Shown here piece by piece: positions 9,589 through 19,236 of a DNA stretch of 64,000 bases; position 1 is the first letter of the stretch, and each line of letters begins with the position of its first letter. The translations under genes were made by a program, and so were the position numbers. Source of the DNA: Spirochaetia bacterium (lineage in GTDB: Bacteria; Spirochaetota; Spirochaetia; UBA9216); assembly GCA_965140585.1 (NCBI GenBank), contig OZ223270.1, positions 96,001 to 160,000 of the forward strand. Direction: 5' to 3'. The notes under the pieces are model-generated. The model was not told the DNA's origin. It saw only the letters and a list, made by a program, of their open reading frames with translations, and made no database searches.

Positions 9589-10404
9589 ATGACTATGAAT
9601 TGGTTTTTGAATCAGAATTATGTTGTTCAGGCCCTGCTTGCGACCCTTTTCACCTATGCTGTCACGGCTGCAGGTTCAGCCCTGGTATTCTTTTTTAAAG
9701 AAATTAAGAAAAATATTTTGGATGCGATGCTCGGTTTTGCAGCCGGTGTAATGATAGCTGCAAGCTACTGGTCTCTGCTTGCTCCTGCAATTGAGATGTC
9801 TGAGAGCAGCGGAGGCAATAAATGGATGCCTGCGGTGATAGGTTTTTTAGCCGGTGGCGGATTTCTCTTTCTTGTAGATAAACTGCTGCCCCATCTTCAT
9901 GCCGGATTCAAGGTTGATAAGGCGGAAGGCGTAAAAACCAGCTGGCAGAGAAGCATCCTGCTTGTGCTGGCAATTACAATCCACAACTTCCCCGAAGGAC
10001 TTGCCGTAGGTGTAGCATTCGGTGCGGTTGCAGCAGGGCTGCCTTCAGCAGCCATAGGTGGAGCAATTGCCCTTGCTATAGGTATAGGGATCCAGAATTT
10101 CCCGGAAGGTGCTGCAGTCTCGATTCCACTCAGGCGTGAAGGGATAAGCAGACAAAAAGCTTTCGTTTTCGGACAGGCTTCGGGAATAGTTGAACCGATT
10201 GCCGGTGTCCTTGGAGCATTTGCAGTAGTAAGAATGCAGCCAATCCTGCCGTATGCACTTGCATTTGCAGCGGGAGCAATGATTTATGTAGTAATTGAAG
10301 AATTAATACCGGAATCTCAGCAGGGAACCCATTCAGATGTTGCAACGATAGGAACCATGCTTGGGTTCACTGTAATGATGCTCTTAGACGTAGCGCTTGG
10401 ATAA
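9589..10404 (+). CDS. ZIP-family (GufA/ZupT-like) metal transporter
   Basis: [29 protein letters not shown]. Confidence 0.93.
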   Translation: MTMNWFLNQNYVVQALLATLFTYAVTAAGSALVFFFKEIKKNILDAMLGFAAGVMIAASYWSLLAPAIEMSESSGGNKWMPAVIGFLAGGGFLFLVDKLLPHLHAGFKVDKAEGVKTSWQRSILLVLAITIHNFPEGLAVGVAFGAVAAGLPSAAIGGAIALAIGIGIQNFPEGAAVSIPLRREGISRQKAFVFGQASGIVEPIAGVLGAFAVVRMQPILPYALAFAAGAMIYVVIEELIPESQQGTHSDVATIGTMLGFTVMMLLDVALG

Positions 10405-10773
10405 ATACAGGCCGATAAAGGCGGATAAAAATCCTAATCCAATATTAAGCCCGGTATTCAGTAAAGCTGTTGCCGGGCTTCCTTTTTGAAACATCTCAAC
10501 AGTTTCCACTGAGAAAGTGGAAAAAGTAGTTAATGCCCCCAAAAAGCCAGTACCTATCAAAAGACGCAACTCCAGTGAAATACCCTTGCTGCTTAACGGA
10601 ATGCCTGCAATGAACCCCAGGATAAAGCTTCCAAGTGCATTAACAACCAATGTCCCGAGTGGATAACCCCACCCGGTCAGATGTATCATAAGCCTGGATA
10701 TCCAATAGCGCGCATTACTGCCTAAAAAGCCGCCGATACCGAGGAGAAGAATTTTTTTTAGAGTTTCATGCAT
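10384..10773 (-). CDS. crcB: Fluoride efflux channel Fluc/CrcB
   Basis: [28 protein letters not shown]. Confidence 0.95.
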   Translation of the reverse strand: MHETLKKILLLGIGGFLGSNARYWISRLMIHLTGWGYPLGTLVVNALGSFILGFIAGIPLSSKGISLELRLLIGTGFLGALTTFSTFSVETVEMFQKGSPATALLNTGLNIGLGFLSAFIGLYLSKRYV

Positions 10774-10853
10774 GGAGAGATGTTAACATATTCTACTAAT
10801 GAGCTCAAACGAAAAGAAAAATCTAATCACACTTTCATAGTTTTAAACAATAT

Positions 10854-11039
10854 TTAAAAGTCTTTAATAAAATCCCATAAATGTCTATCTGGAAAAATAT
10901 CAATTCCAAGAACAGATTTTAAAAAATATAAAATTAGTACAATGACTATTATTAGCATCAAAAATAAAAAAAGAACTCCGAATAACAAATATATAACATC
11001 ACCGATTATTTTAATTTTTTTTTTGTTATCTAAGTTCAT
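10854..11039 (-). CDS. Small membrane protein, hypothetical
   Basis: 61 aa with one long hydrophobic stretch; 10 bp downstream of and co-oriented with 11050..11760. Confidence 0.5.
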   Translation of the reverse strand: MNLDNKKKIKIIGDVIYLLFGVLFLFLMLIIVIVLILYFLKSVLGIDIFPDRHLWDFIKDF

Positions 11040-11049
11040 AAATATCTAA

Positions 11050-11760
11050 CTAATAAGAGGGCAGAATGTATATAAACGAAGGAACTATCTCAATTAAATC
11101 ATCATTGTAATTAAACATTGTAGAAACTTCTATAGAAAACAGAGGACCAGAATCCGGTTTAAATATTATATTTCCGAACCCTCCATAATATAAATTTTCT
11201 TCATGCTCATAACTTTCAACAACAGGAGCGATAGGATTACTACTTTCATAGGTAATATGATTGAAATTTGAGTAGCGAAATTCCCCTCCAATAATAAAAC
11301 TAATTATCATATCCTTCAGAAATTCGTGAAATATAGAAATTCCAAGATTATAGCCCTGACTTGTTTTGGTATAATCAAAATAATCCAGATAAGCAGAATT
11401 ATTATAGTTTGTATAGCCATATGCAATTTCAAGCTGTATGTTAATGGGGTTAACCTCATTCTGCTTAATAGCAATTAGATTATAAATAAGATCCAGATTC
11501 CAGTTTATGCTATTCGAATCATTAACATTCCCGTTTTCACGATTTAGAATAAATCCAATATCCATGATGCCTCCAATCGAATAAGCGATTGAAGCACCTA
11601 TTGAATCTAAAAATATACCAGAATCAGAAGAATCAAATTGTGTATTTATTTGAAAACCGGTACCAGCCACTCCCTCTTCAAGAAAACGGCTTTGCGCAAA
11701 TAAAGTGAACGGTATAAAAAATATGGCAACAAAAAAGATCAGTCGTCGATAAAAAATCAT
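11050..11760 (-). CDS. Putative outer-membrane beta-barrel protein
   Basis: Signal peptide (TLFA-Q), alternating hydrophobic strands, aromatic C-terminus. Confidence 0.55.
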   Translation of the reverse strand: MIFYRRLIFFVAIFFIPFTLFAQSRFLEEGVAGTGFQINTQFDSSDSGIFLDSIGASIAYSIGGIMDIGFILNRENGNVNDSNSINWNLDLIYNLIAIKQNEVNPINIQLEIAYGYTNYNNSAYLDYFDYTKTSQGYNLGISIFHEFLKDMIISFIIGGEFRYSNFNHITYESSNPIAPVVESYEHEENLYYGGFGNIIFKPDSGPLFSIEVSTMFNYNDDLIEIVPSFIYILPSY

Positions 11761-11823
11761 TAACCTTCCCAGATAACTTTATGAAATAGCTTACTTTTAT
11801 TTTGGATTGACGTCAATATGCTA

Positions 11824-12945
11824 TCATCGACAGTATAAAGCGTACAAAGTACCATAATCACCGATAACATCACTCAAACTTACATTAGTTTTTGCAGCGC
11901 CATCAGTATTATAAATACCTATCCAGTTTTCAGTTCCTAAAACAAAACTACCAGAGTCTGAACCAAATGCTGCATACAGGGTTTTATAAGAAGTAGAGGT
12001 GTAAACTTCTATAGGCTCCAAAGTTCCTGTTAAAATTGAATTACTAACTAGATCAATAAGGTAAACACCGTAATGCCCGTACATAAGAAGATTTTCACGA
12101 TTAGGAGAAATTACCAATTCAGTAAATAAGGCATCCATGCCATCAAGTACCAATTGAGCACTAGTTCTGTAACTGTTAGTCTCTACATTTTTTTCATATA
12201 GACGGTTGGTATCACCGGGTTTATTTTTAAAAATTACACTGTCATTATCTCGCCAACAGTAAAAGAAGGAATCATATAAATCTACAGGTGTGTCATATGT
12301 ATCACTGTAATATTCGGTAATTTCATTTACTGCGGCATTTGACTGACCAAGGGTTATGTATGTATATGCATGAAGAGCTACTTCTTCCTGTCTCCAGTCC
12401 TGTTCCTTAAAAACGATTTTATCCAACTCCGGAGACAACATGCCCCAGTGATTACATCTATAATCTTCATGGGGTACTAAAGTATAAGCGGTTTCACCAA
12501 CATTATAAACATCAATGTATCCGTCATCGGTAAAAATAACACTGTCATTATCAATAAACTCAGATTCGTTACTTGCAACTCCTGATGCAAGGATAGTCTC
12601 TACCCCTGTATTCAGATTTTTTAATACAAGATCTTTTGCAGTTCCATTATTTTTAGCAAAAAGTAAGTAATTCAAATCATCTGAAATTCTCATATTAGAG
12701 TAATAGGTATCGGTACAAGCGTCTGACGCAAGTTCTTTATAGTCTTCAGGTTTACTTGAATAGAAGCCATATATTTTACCGTCAATATTCGCAATTATAT
12801 ATAAGTCTTCATCAGGAGAATCAAGGATTTCTTCGGTTCCAGCAGGATCAGGATCATATGTGAAATTTGAATTGGAATCTGTTGGGCATGAAGCAAAAAG
12901 TAAAATAGAAATTACAAAAAGAGAAATATTAAAATATTTTTTCAT
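11824..12945 (-). CDS. Acidic lipoprotein, possible beta-propeller (TolB-like)
   Basis: LFAS-C lipobox; repeated ISDD/LSPE/ISPN blade-like motifs. Confidence 0.6.
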   Translation of the reverse strand: MKKYFNISLFVISILLFASCPTDSNSNFTYDPDPAGTEEILDSPDEDLYIIANIDGKIYGFYSSKPEDYKELASDACTDTYYSNMRISDDLNYLLFAKNNGTAKDLVLKNLNTGVETILASGVASNESEFIDNDSVIFTDDGYIDVYNVGETAYTLVPHEDYRCNHWGMLSPELDKIVFKEQDWRQEEVALHAYTYITLGQSNAAVNEITEYYSDTYDTPVDLYDSFFYCWRDNDSVIFKNKPGDTNRLYEKNVETNSYRTSAQLVLDGMDALFTELVISPNRENLLMYGHYGVYLIDLVSNSILTGTLEPIEVYTSTSYKTLYAAFGSDSGSFVLGTENWIGIYNTDGAAKTNVSLSDVIGDYGTLYALYCR

Positions 12946-13031
12946 AACACTTCCTTGTTAGTATACTGAATATAGTTTCTTTACCTAATATACCATATCC
13001 CCTCTGAATCAAGATTTAAATACAAATAAAG

Positions 13032-13066
13032 TAGTATTTTACCTATATATATTAGTACTTTTCCTA
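13032..13066. promoter_or_regulatory. Tandem 14-bp candidate LuxR/NarL-family boxes
   Basis: TAGTATTTTACCTA (13032) and TAGTACTTTTCCTA (13053), 21 bp apart; similar site at 52963. Confidence 0.4.
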
Positions 13067-13106
13067 ATAGAAATTTGTTAATTTTCTAATTATTATAAAA
13101 AAAGTA

Positions 13107-14081
13107 TCAAGATTCCTGCCAATCAACATACCATCCACTTACTGGATCAGCGTCATCATCCATTGAAGCGTGTAATCCAGATTCTCCATCTGTTACTAAT
13201 GAACTTACTGCAAATTCATAGACACCATATGTTAATTTAGAGGTCGTTATCTGAAGTTGAGGTGATGCTTCTGCTTTTATTTGTTCTAATAGTATCCAAT
13301 CCAAAGTACCTCTATTTCTATAATAGACATTATAGAATTCATTCGCGCCACCATCAGCACATTCCCATGCTATCAGAAAACTTTCAGCAGTAATTGTTAT
13401 ACATTCACCAACTTTATTTAAATTATTAAAAACAGTCTCAATTATTGATGTACATAATTTCAAAACTCTTACAGTCCAGGTTCCGCCTGAGACAGTCTCA
13501 ACAGAATCATACAACCTTAATGAAACTGTGTAATACCCCGAAGCAAGGTTATCTACTATAGCTTCTGCCACTCCACCAGAACAGTCTATACTGACATCAG
13601 TTTCATTACCATCTTTATCCTTAATAACAGCAATTACTGAAGGATCAACAGTGTACTCAGCTGCCCATTGAACACTAATTAACAGCGAACCGTCACCGCT
13701 GACTGCATTCAATGATAACTCAAGTTCATTCTCCTCATCGTTAATAACATATATACTTGTTTCCCCGAATAAAACCAGAGACTCATCGGCTGTATAACCC
13801 TCGACTTCTATAGTCCAGTCACCTGTAGCAAGATTGTCTACGGTTATACTTGTCGATTCAGACTCTTTATAGAATGTTTCATCATCAGGACCGGATCCGT
13901 AGAATTTGTAGGTTATGACATCAAGACTTCTTGAAATCGAAGATTCACTTGAATATATAGTTATATTCAGAGACCCCTTTCCCCCTAGTAAAGAGAACAA
14001 AGGATTTTGACATGACGAAACTAAAATTATAAAAACTGTTATTACCAGTAAATTTTTTATTCTTGCAGTTAAATTGTTCAT
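13107..14081 (-). CDS. Multi-domain Ig/FN3-like lipoprotein (paralog of 16967..17962 and 18160..18579)
   Basis: VSS-C lipobox; ATG 14081 follows GGAGGGG; shared domains seen by eye alignment. Confidence 0.7.
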   Translation of the reverse strand: MNNLTARIKNLLVITVFIILVSSCQNPLFSLLGGKGSLNITIYSSESSISRSLDVITYKFYGSGPDDETFYKESESTSITVDNLATGDWTIEVEGYTADESLVLFGETSIYVINDEENELELSLNAVSGDGSLLISVQWAAEYTVDPSVIAVIKDKDGNETDVSIDCSGGVAEAIVDNLASGYYTVSLRLYDSVETVSGGTWTVRVLKLCTSIIETVFNNLNKVGECITITAESFLIAWECADGGANEFYNVYYRNRGTLDWILLEQIKAEASPQLQITTSKLTYGVYEFAVSSLVTDGESGLHASMDDDADPVSGWYVDWQES

Positions 14082-14113
14082 ATTCCCCTCCAAAAAGGAT
14101 ATCGGGGTATAAA

Positions 14114-14130
14114 AGCAATAATCATGCCAA
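14114..14130 (-). promoter_or_regulatory. Sigma-54 -24/-12 promoter
   Basis: TTGGCATGATTATTGCT, GG-N10-GC, about 35 bp before the ATG. Confidence 0.85.
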
Positions 14131-14254
14131 AATCAAAGCATCTCCGCTAATGAATTAAATACTTATAAAATAACGATTTAACAGTAACTTATGAGATTCT
14201 ATGAAGATTTTACAATTTTATTAGCTACCTTCTCTGAATAAATCTGTACTCAGG

Positions 14255-14270
14255 TTTCAATCTTGTAATT
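14255..14270. promoter_or_regulatory. Candidate bEBP enhancer site
   Basis: TTTCAA-TCTT-GTAATT, ~127 bp upstream of the -24 element; conserved at the other two sigma-54 promoters. Confidence 0.6.
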
Positions 14271-15292
14271 CAACTTTTAAGGGTTTGAAGAAATGATTTT
14301 ACAATTACCGGATCAAACATTGTTCCGGCAGATTCTTTTATGAATATGGCAGCATCCTTCTCTGATATCCTACTTCTATGCGGCCTGTCACTGATAAGGG
14401 CCGAAAAAACATCAGCAACTGCAATAATTCTCGCTGAGAATGGGATGGAATCGCCTTTCAAACCTTCAGGATAGCCTGAGCCGTCATATCGTTCATGATG
14501 ATAAAGAACATGGGGAATCAAAGGCTTTAGGTATTCTATGTTTTCAATCATCTGTTTTCCATGAATAACATGATATTTTATTTTCTCGAATGCAGCAGCA
14601 TCTACAGTTTTATCGTTAAAAAGAATACTTTCACTTACACCTATCATACCAACATCATGAAGAAGGCATCCAATCTGCATCTGATAAAGTTCTTCATCAT
14701 CAAGACCAAGAGTCTTTCCGATTGCCCTGGCCAGTGCCGCAACAGACTCAGCGTGCCCTGTCATATACGGAGTTCTTTCCTCAATCACATTCATAACCGA
14801 TTTAACTGTTTTATATGAAGCTTCTGCAAGTTCCCGGTTTTTACGTTTCAGCTCCCAGACAAGCAGGGCTCCAGTCTGACGCAAACGGGTACTAAGCTCT
14901 TTCATTATTGAATAAGCTATCTGCGGAACAACCCCCAGGACTTTCTCAAAATCTTTATAAGAAACTTCCATCACGGTAGTAGAATCAACAGCTCTCGCGG
15001 TAGCTGACCGTGGCCCCTCATCAAGGATGGCCATCTCACCGAAAAATTCTCCGTCGCTGTACATCCCAAGAATAACCTCTTCACCATCCTCAAATTTCTT
15101 AAGAATTTCGATTTTACCCTTATGGATTATAAAAAAAGTTTCCGCCCTGCTGTTTTCTTCAATGATTATTTCACCGCTGTCATAGCTCTTCTCAACAGTT
15201 ATAGCTGCTATTTCTTTTAAATCCTGTTCTGCAACCTCATCAAAAAATGAGATTTCTTTTAGTTTCTGTATTCTTGAATGCTCGGACATCAC
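14270..15292 (-). CDS. cNMP-binding domain + HD-GYP cyclic-dinucleotide phosphodiesterase
   Basis: FGEMAILDEGPRSATARA cassette; LLHDVG, HHERYDGSGYP, IIAVADVF. Confidence 0.9.
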   Translation of the reverse strand: MMSEHSRIQKLKEISFFDEVAEQDLKEIAAITVEKSYDSGEIIIEENSRAETFFIIHKGKIEILKKFEDGEEVILGMYSDGEFFGEMAILDEGPRSATARAVDSTTVMEVSYKDFEKVLGVVPQIAYSIMKELSTRLRQTGALLVWELKRKNRELAEASYKTVKSVMNVIEERTPYMTGHAESVAALARAIGKTLGLDDEELYQMQIGCLLHDVGMIGVSESILFNDKTVDAAAFEKIKYHVIHGKQMIENIEYLKPLIPHVLYHHERYDGSGYPEGLKGDSIPFSARIIAVADVFSALISDRPHRSRISEKDAAIFIKESAGTMFDPVIVKSFLQTLKS

Positions 15293-15361
15293 TTTTCTCC
15301 TGAGAAACCTTTCAGTGTAAATTCATTATATGATAAAGAATTACGGACATCAATTGGCCAG

Positions 15362-15377
15362 TTACATTACTGTAATT
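15362..15377. promoter_or_regulatory. Palindromic form of the candidate enhancer, between HD-GYP and bEBP genes
   Basis: TTACA-TTAC-TGTAA-TT. Confidence 0.55.
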
Positions 15378-15425
15378 GTTAAATAGACATCTAATATAAA
15401 AAATGGTACTGTTTTATGAAAGTAT

Positions 15426-16841
15426 ATGCAAAATTTGTTATTTATTGATAAAGATGAGAATCTCTGCAACGATATATCCGGATACCTTAAAAGTGCCGGT
15501 ACACAAATAGAATATGCCCTTGATTTTGATACTGCTATAGATTTAATCAGTACAAATCATTTCGATCTGATAATATCAACCGTCAAATTCCAGAACGGTT
15601 CAGTAAAAGAAATCATTAAAGAAGCACATGACCAGGACTCCACTACAGTTGTACTTGTACATACTGATATAGACAGCGTAAATGAGGCTGTCAGAGCGGT
15701 AAAAGAGGGTGCTTACGGCATTTTAAGAAAGCCGATTAACATTCCTGAGCTTGTTTTCCAGATAAAAAAAGCGCTCGAAAAAAGAAGCCAGGAACAGACG
15801 CTTGAATCAAATCAGAGTAAATTCCAGAGTAACTATCAGCCTTCCAACTTCATCGGTCAGAGCCCTGAAATTAAAAAAATATTTCACATTGTGAACAGAG
15901 TGGCGAAAAGCAGATCAAGTGTAATCATAACAGGAGAGACAGGAACCGGAAAAGAACTGATTGCCGGGTCTATTCACTACAACAGTGACAGGTCAAAGAA
16001 ACCCTTCGTAAAGGTAAACTGCGCAGCCCTTCCTGAGACTCTACTTGAAAGTGAGCTCTTCGGATATGAAAGGGGAGCATTCACAGGTGCTGACAGGACA
16101 AGAGTCGGAAGATTTGAGCAGGCAGATGGCGGGACGATCTTTCTTGACGAAGTAGCTGATATGAGCATGTATACCCAGGCTAAAGTACTTCGTGTACTCC
16201 AGGAAAGAGAATTCGAACGTGTAGGCAGTAATAAAACAATAAAAACCGATACCCGCATAATTTCAGCAACAAACAAGGATCTTCTTCAGATGATGGAAGA
16301 TGGAGATTTGCGTGAGGATCTGTATTACCGATTAAATGTCGTAAGCATACATTTGCCGGCATTACGTGAACGGAAGGATGACATAAGACTATTAGTCCAT
16401 CACTTTGTAAGAAAATATTCACTTTCGGTAAACAGACGTATTCGGGGAGTACACAGGGAAGCCCTTAAGATGCTGATGGATTACAGCTGGCCGGGAAATA
16501 TAAGAGAGCTTGAAAATACGATTGAACGTGTGGTTCTTATGACTGAAGGAGATATCATTACACCCGAAGAACTGAAACTGCATTTCAATAAACGGCATAA
16601 AAGTATTAATAAAACTCCAGTATCACAATTAAGCAGCAGGACTTCTGATTCAGGGATTATTCTCCCCGAACAGGGCGTATGTCTTGAGGAAGTGGAGGAA
16701 AACTTAATACTACAGGCACTTGAACGTTCAGCCTGGGTCCAGAAAGATGCTGCGGAACTGCTGAATGTCTCAAGCAGAGTGCTGAATTATAAGGTCAAAC
16801 GTTTTGGAATAACTCATGACAGCTGGAGACAAAACAAATAA
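15426..16841 (+). CDS. Sigma-54-dependent activator (REC-like + AAA+ + Fis HTH) with an atypical receiver
   Basis: [33 protein letters not shown]; DLIIST where DLIISD is expected. Confidence 0.92.
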   Translation: MQNLLFIDKDENLCNDISGYLKSAGTQIEYALDFDTAIDLISTNHFDLIISTVKFQNGSVKEIIKEAHDQDSTTVVLVHTDIDSVNEAVRAVKEGAYGILRKPINIPELVFQIKKALEKRSQEQTLESNQSKFQSNYQPSNFIGQSPEIKKIFHIVNRVAKSRSSVIITGETGTGKELIAGSIHYNSDRSKKPFVKVNCAALPETLLESELFGYERGAFTGADRTRVGRFEQADGGTIFLDEVADMSMYTQAKVLRVLQEREFERVGSNKTIKTDTRIISATNKDLLQMMEDGDLREDLYYRLNVVSIHLPALRERKDDIRLLVHHFVRKYSLSVNRRIRGVHREALKMLMDYSWPGNIRELENTIERVVLMTEGDIITPEELKLHFNKRHKSINKTPVSQLSSRTSDSGIILPEQGVCLEEVEENLILQALERSAWVQKDAAELLNVSSRVLNYKVKRFGITHDSWRQNK

Positions 16842-16873
16842 AAAAGCTGTTCTCCATTGAGAAAACAGCTTTT
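16842..16873. terminator. Bidirectional terminator between convergent genes
   Basis: AAAAGCTGTT...AACAGCTTTT hairpin. Confidence 0.75.
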
Positions 16874-16905
16874 ACAAACAGTAAGATATAAAACTATTCT
16901 ACTGT

Positions 16906-16978
16906 CGCTCCGCGGCGGTGTTCGTTCGCTCAGCCATGCGTCAGCGAGCCGCCGTGAGGCGCTCGCTCACTCCACCGT
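16906..16978. mobile_element. 73-bp GC-rich structured insertion (REP/MITE-like) at the 3' end of a lipoprotein gene
   Basis: 52/73 G+C in AT-rich context; internal hairpins; displaced original gene end ACA GTA GAA TAG at 16894-16905 (minus strand). Confidence 0.6.
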
Positions 16979-17962
16979 AAAAGTATGTGATACAGAGCCG
17001 GAGCAGCTTCCATCACTCGTACTGGCCACCAGATCAAGTCTGTAAGTACCCCATCTTAAATCTGAACCAAAGGTAATCAACTCACCTTCCCCCTCAAGAC
17101 TTCCGTTGACATACCATGAAAATACAATAGTATTGACGACATCATCGGTTACAGATGCTGTTACAGTCATATTTGAACCGTAAGCTATGGTTTCTTCAGC
17201 ACCAGAAATAACAGGCTCCAGAGGTTCATCCATTTCAACTATTACTGTTAACGCAATATCTCCGGTTGGGTTATTGATATCCTCAAAACTGAAATTTCCA
17301 GTTGTCATGTAATCCTGCATAATCCTTACCGCTTCAACTACACCTGAAACTACTGTTCCATTCTCTTTCATCTGGATACTTAAGGTATAATAACCTGAAT
17401 CAATCTCATCATCCCGAAAGGTCGCCGATGATGTACCGACCGAAAATGTCAAGGCCTGTTCTACACCTGCAGAATTCCTGAGAACTGCAGTAATTTCAGG
17501 GCTGCTAACATCGTCATCATCCCATAAAACAGAAAGAGCCAGAGCGCCTGTACCCTTAAAAGGCAAAACAGTCACAGAGGCATCGGACTGCTCAGAAGCC
17601 TGTACAATTACAGTTGTTTCACCGAATCCTAATTCATAGTCATCACTGCTCATAGCTGTGATGGAGACATCCCACTCGCCGACAGCAAGATCATATATAT
17701 ATATTTCAGTTCCGGTTGATGTCTGTGTGAATTCATTTTCATTGGGGCCGTTTCCGGTAATTTCATAGTAGGATATTTCAGTATCCGAGCCCGGCAGTAC
17801 GGTTCTTGAACTGTTTATTGAAATCTCAAGCCTCATCGCTCCTTCATCGTTGCTGCTTATACCAAAATATGAAAGGTTACAGCTTGTAAGAGCCAATGAT
17901 GAGAATAGTAAAACCAGAATTGATAATTTCAAACTTTTTTTATTTTTAAATAATGGTTTCAT
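16967..17962 (-). CDS. Multi-domain Ig-like lipoprotein (paralog of 13107..14081)
   Basis: LTS-C lipobox; G.GP, LA.G.W, FGET, SGYYT, VSG..VR blocks shared; C-terminal FSWYVNG PKD-like domain. Confidence 0.7.
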   Translation of the reverse strand: MKPLFKNKKSLKLSILVLLFSSLALTSCNLSYFGISSNDEGAMRLEISINSSRTVLPGSDTEISYYEITGNGPNENEFTQTSTGTEIYIYDLAVGEWDVSITAMSSDDYELGFGETTVIVQASEQSDASVTVLPFKGTGALALSVLWDDDDVSSPEITAVLRNSAGVEQALTFSVGTSSATFRDDEIDSGYYTLSIQMKENGTVVSGVVEAVRIMQDYMTTGNFSFEDINNPTGDIALTVIVEMDEPLEPVISGAEETIAYGSNMTVTASVTDDVVNTIVFSWYVNGSLEGEGELITFGSDLRWGTYRLDLVASTSDGSCSGSVSHTFTVE

Positions 17963-17994
17963 AACCTGCTCCTTAAATGGATATCATTTATATA

Positions 17995-18010
17995 AGCAGG
18001 AAGTGTGCCA
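17995..18010 (-). promoter_or_regulatory. Sigma-54 -24/-12 promoter
   Basis: TGGCACACTTCCTGCT, GG-N10-GC, about 33 bp before the ATG. Confidence 0.85.
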
Positions 18011-18105
18011 TTTTTAAAAACTTGTACTAATATAAGCTAACTTACTATCTTATAACAACTTAAACCGTAAAGATGAAATATTTAAATATTGCAGATATCT
18101 CTGTA

Positions 18106-18121
18106 TTTCAATATCGTAATT
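18106..18121. promoter_or_regulatory. Candidate bEBP enhancer site
   Basis: TTTCAA-TATC-GTAATT, ~97 bp upstream of the -24 element. Confidence 0.6.
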
Positions 18122-18159
18122 CTAATTCATGATTACTAAATTGATGTTTTACTCTCTAA

Positions 18160-18579
18160 GTGTTATGTTTATTAACAATGAAGAAAAAAGTAATTATTAT
18201 TTTTTTAATATTAACAACAACCACAGCATGTCAATTTTTTGAATACACCGATAGTGCAACAGAAATTATAATTCATTCAGAGAATTTCATATTAGCTTGG
18301 GATGGTAATGATATAACTTTAAATAGCAGCTCATCCGTGATATGCTATAAAGTTTATTTTAAAAAACATAATACACATACTTGGACTTTTTTAAAAGATA
18401 CAATAGATAGTGATATAACTGAAATTACTATTTCTGATGAAATTCTTGATTACGGTATATATGATTTAGGGGTAGCGGCTCAGGCTGATGATAATTCTAT
18501 ATCAGAAATTCATTCATCACTTGATTTAACTGCAGACCCAACAAATGGCTGGTATATAAATTGGATTGGTTCAAAATAA
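18160..18579 (+). CDS. Single-domain FN3-like lipoprotein (likely start ATG 18178)
   Basis: TTA-C lipobox; homologous to the C-terminal domain of 13107..14081 (F.[LI]AW, Y.VY, YG.Y, H.S.D..ADP..GWY..W). Confidence 0.7.
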   Translation: MLCLLTMKKKVIIIFLILTTTTACQFFEYTDSATEIIIHSENFILAWDGNDITLNSSSSVICYKVYFKKHNTHTWTFLKDTIDSDITEITISDEILDYGIYDLGVAAQADDNSISEIHSSLDLTADPTNGWYINWIGSK

Positions 18580-19211
18580 ATAAGGGGTTAATGATGTTTA
18601 GAAAGGTTACAGTAATATCTATATTTATTTTTTTATTTTTATCGAATATCTGTTTTGCTAATGATGAAAATGCAAACAGTGCTCATGGCACATTAGGTTT
18701 TATCTTTAATGCAAAGAATTTACTTCTGGATATTGAAAGTTATCAAGGTGGGATTGGATTGAAATATCGATTTGATGATGTTTCAACCCTTCGTACATTG
18801 ATCGATTTTTATTACTCAAATAGCTATGACACCTTTTCAACTATGGGGGGAATTACATATGAAAATCATTTTCTAAATATTGACCGTTTTTCTCCATATT
18901 GGGGACTCTCTGCTAATTGTGGCTATATCAGCCAAAGCGATTTTATTGATGAAACTTATTACGAGATAATTTCAGAGGTCCCATTTGGCGCAGAGGCCTT
19001 ATTTGGAATAGAATTTTTTTTTAATTCTTTTATAACAATTTTTGCTGAATATAGCTTAAGTGCTAATTTTATTTATTCCAGAACGGAAACTGTAGCCGAT
19101 GGCTACTCAACAATTTCAGATCCGGAATATCAAACAATAATTGATACAGGAATCGGTAACAATGCCAGTATTGGAATTACTATTTATATAAATGATGTTA
19201 CTCAAAAATAG
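18561..19211 (+). CDS. Putative small outer-membrane beta-barrel protein
   Basis: Signal peptide (CFA-N); GGIGLKYRF, SPYWG, FGIEFFF...IFAEY strand pattern. Confidence 0.65.
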   Translation: MDWFKINKGLMMFRKVTVISIFIFLFLSNICFANDENANSAHGTLGFIFNAKNLLLDIESYQGGIGLKYRFDDVSTLRTLIDFYYSNSYDTFSTMGGITYENHFLNIDRFSPYWGLSANCGYISQSDFIDETYYEIISEVPFGAEALFGIEFFFNSFITIFAEYSLSANFIYSRTETVADGYSTISDPEYQTIIDTGIGNNASIGITIYINDVTQK

Positions 19212-19236
19212 TAGAAATATTATCTGAACAGACTTC

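Noticed and set aside
10774-10853. Fluoride riboswitch upstream of crcB
   Set aside because: The conserved GGCGAUG...GCUGAUG core is not visible in the leader
16906-16969. TGA followed by a hairpin as a selenocysteine/SECIS readthrough signal
   Set aside because: The insert is 73 nt, so readthrough is out of frame with the old gene end; no redox motif context; an insertion explains it better
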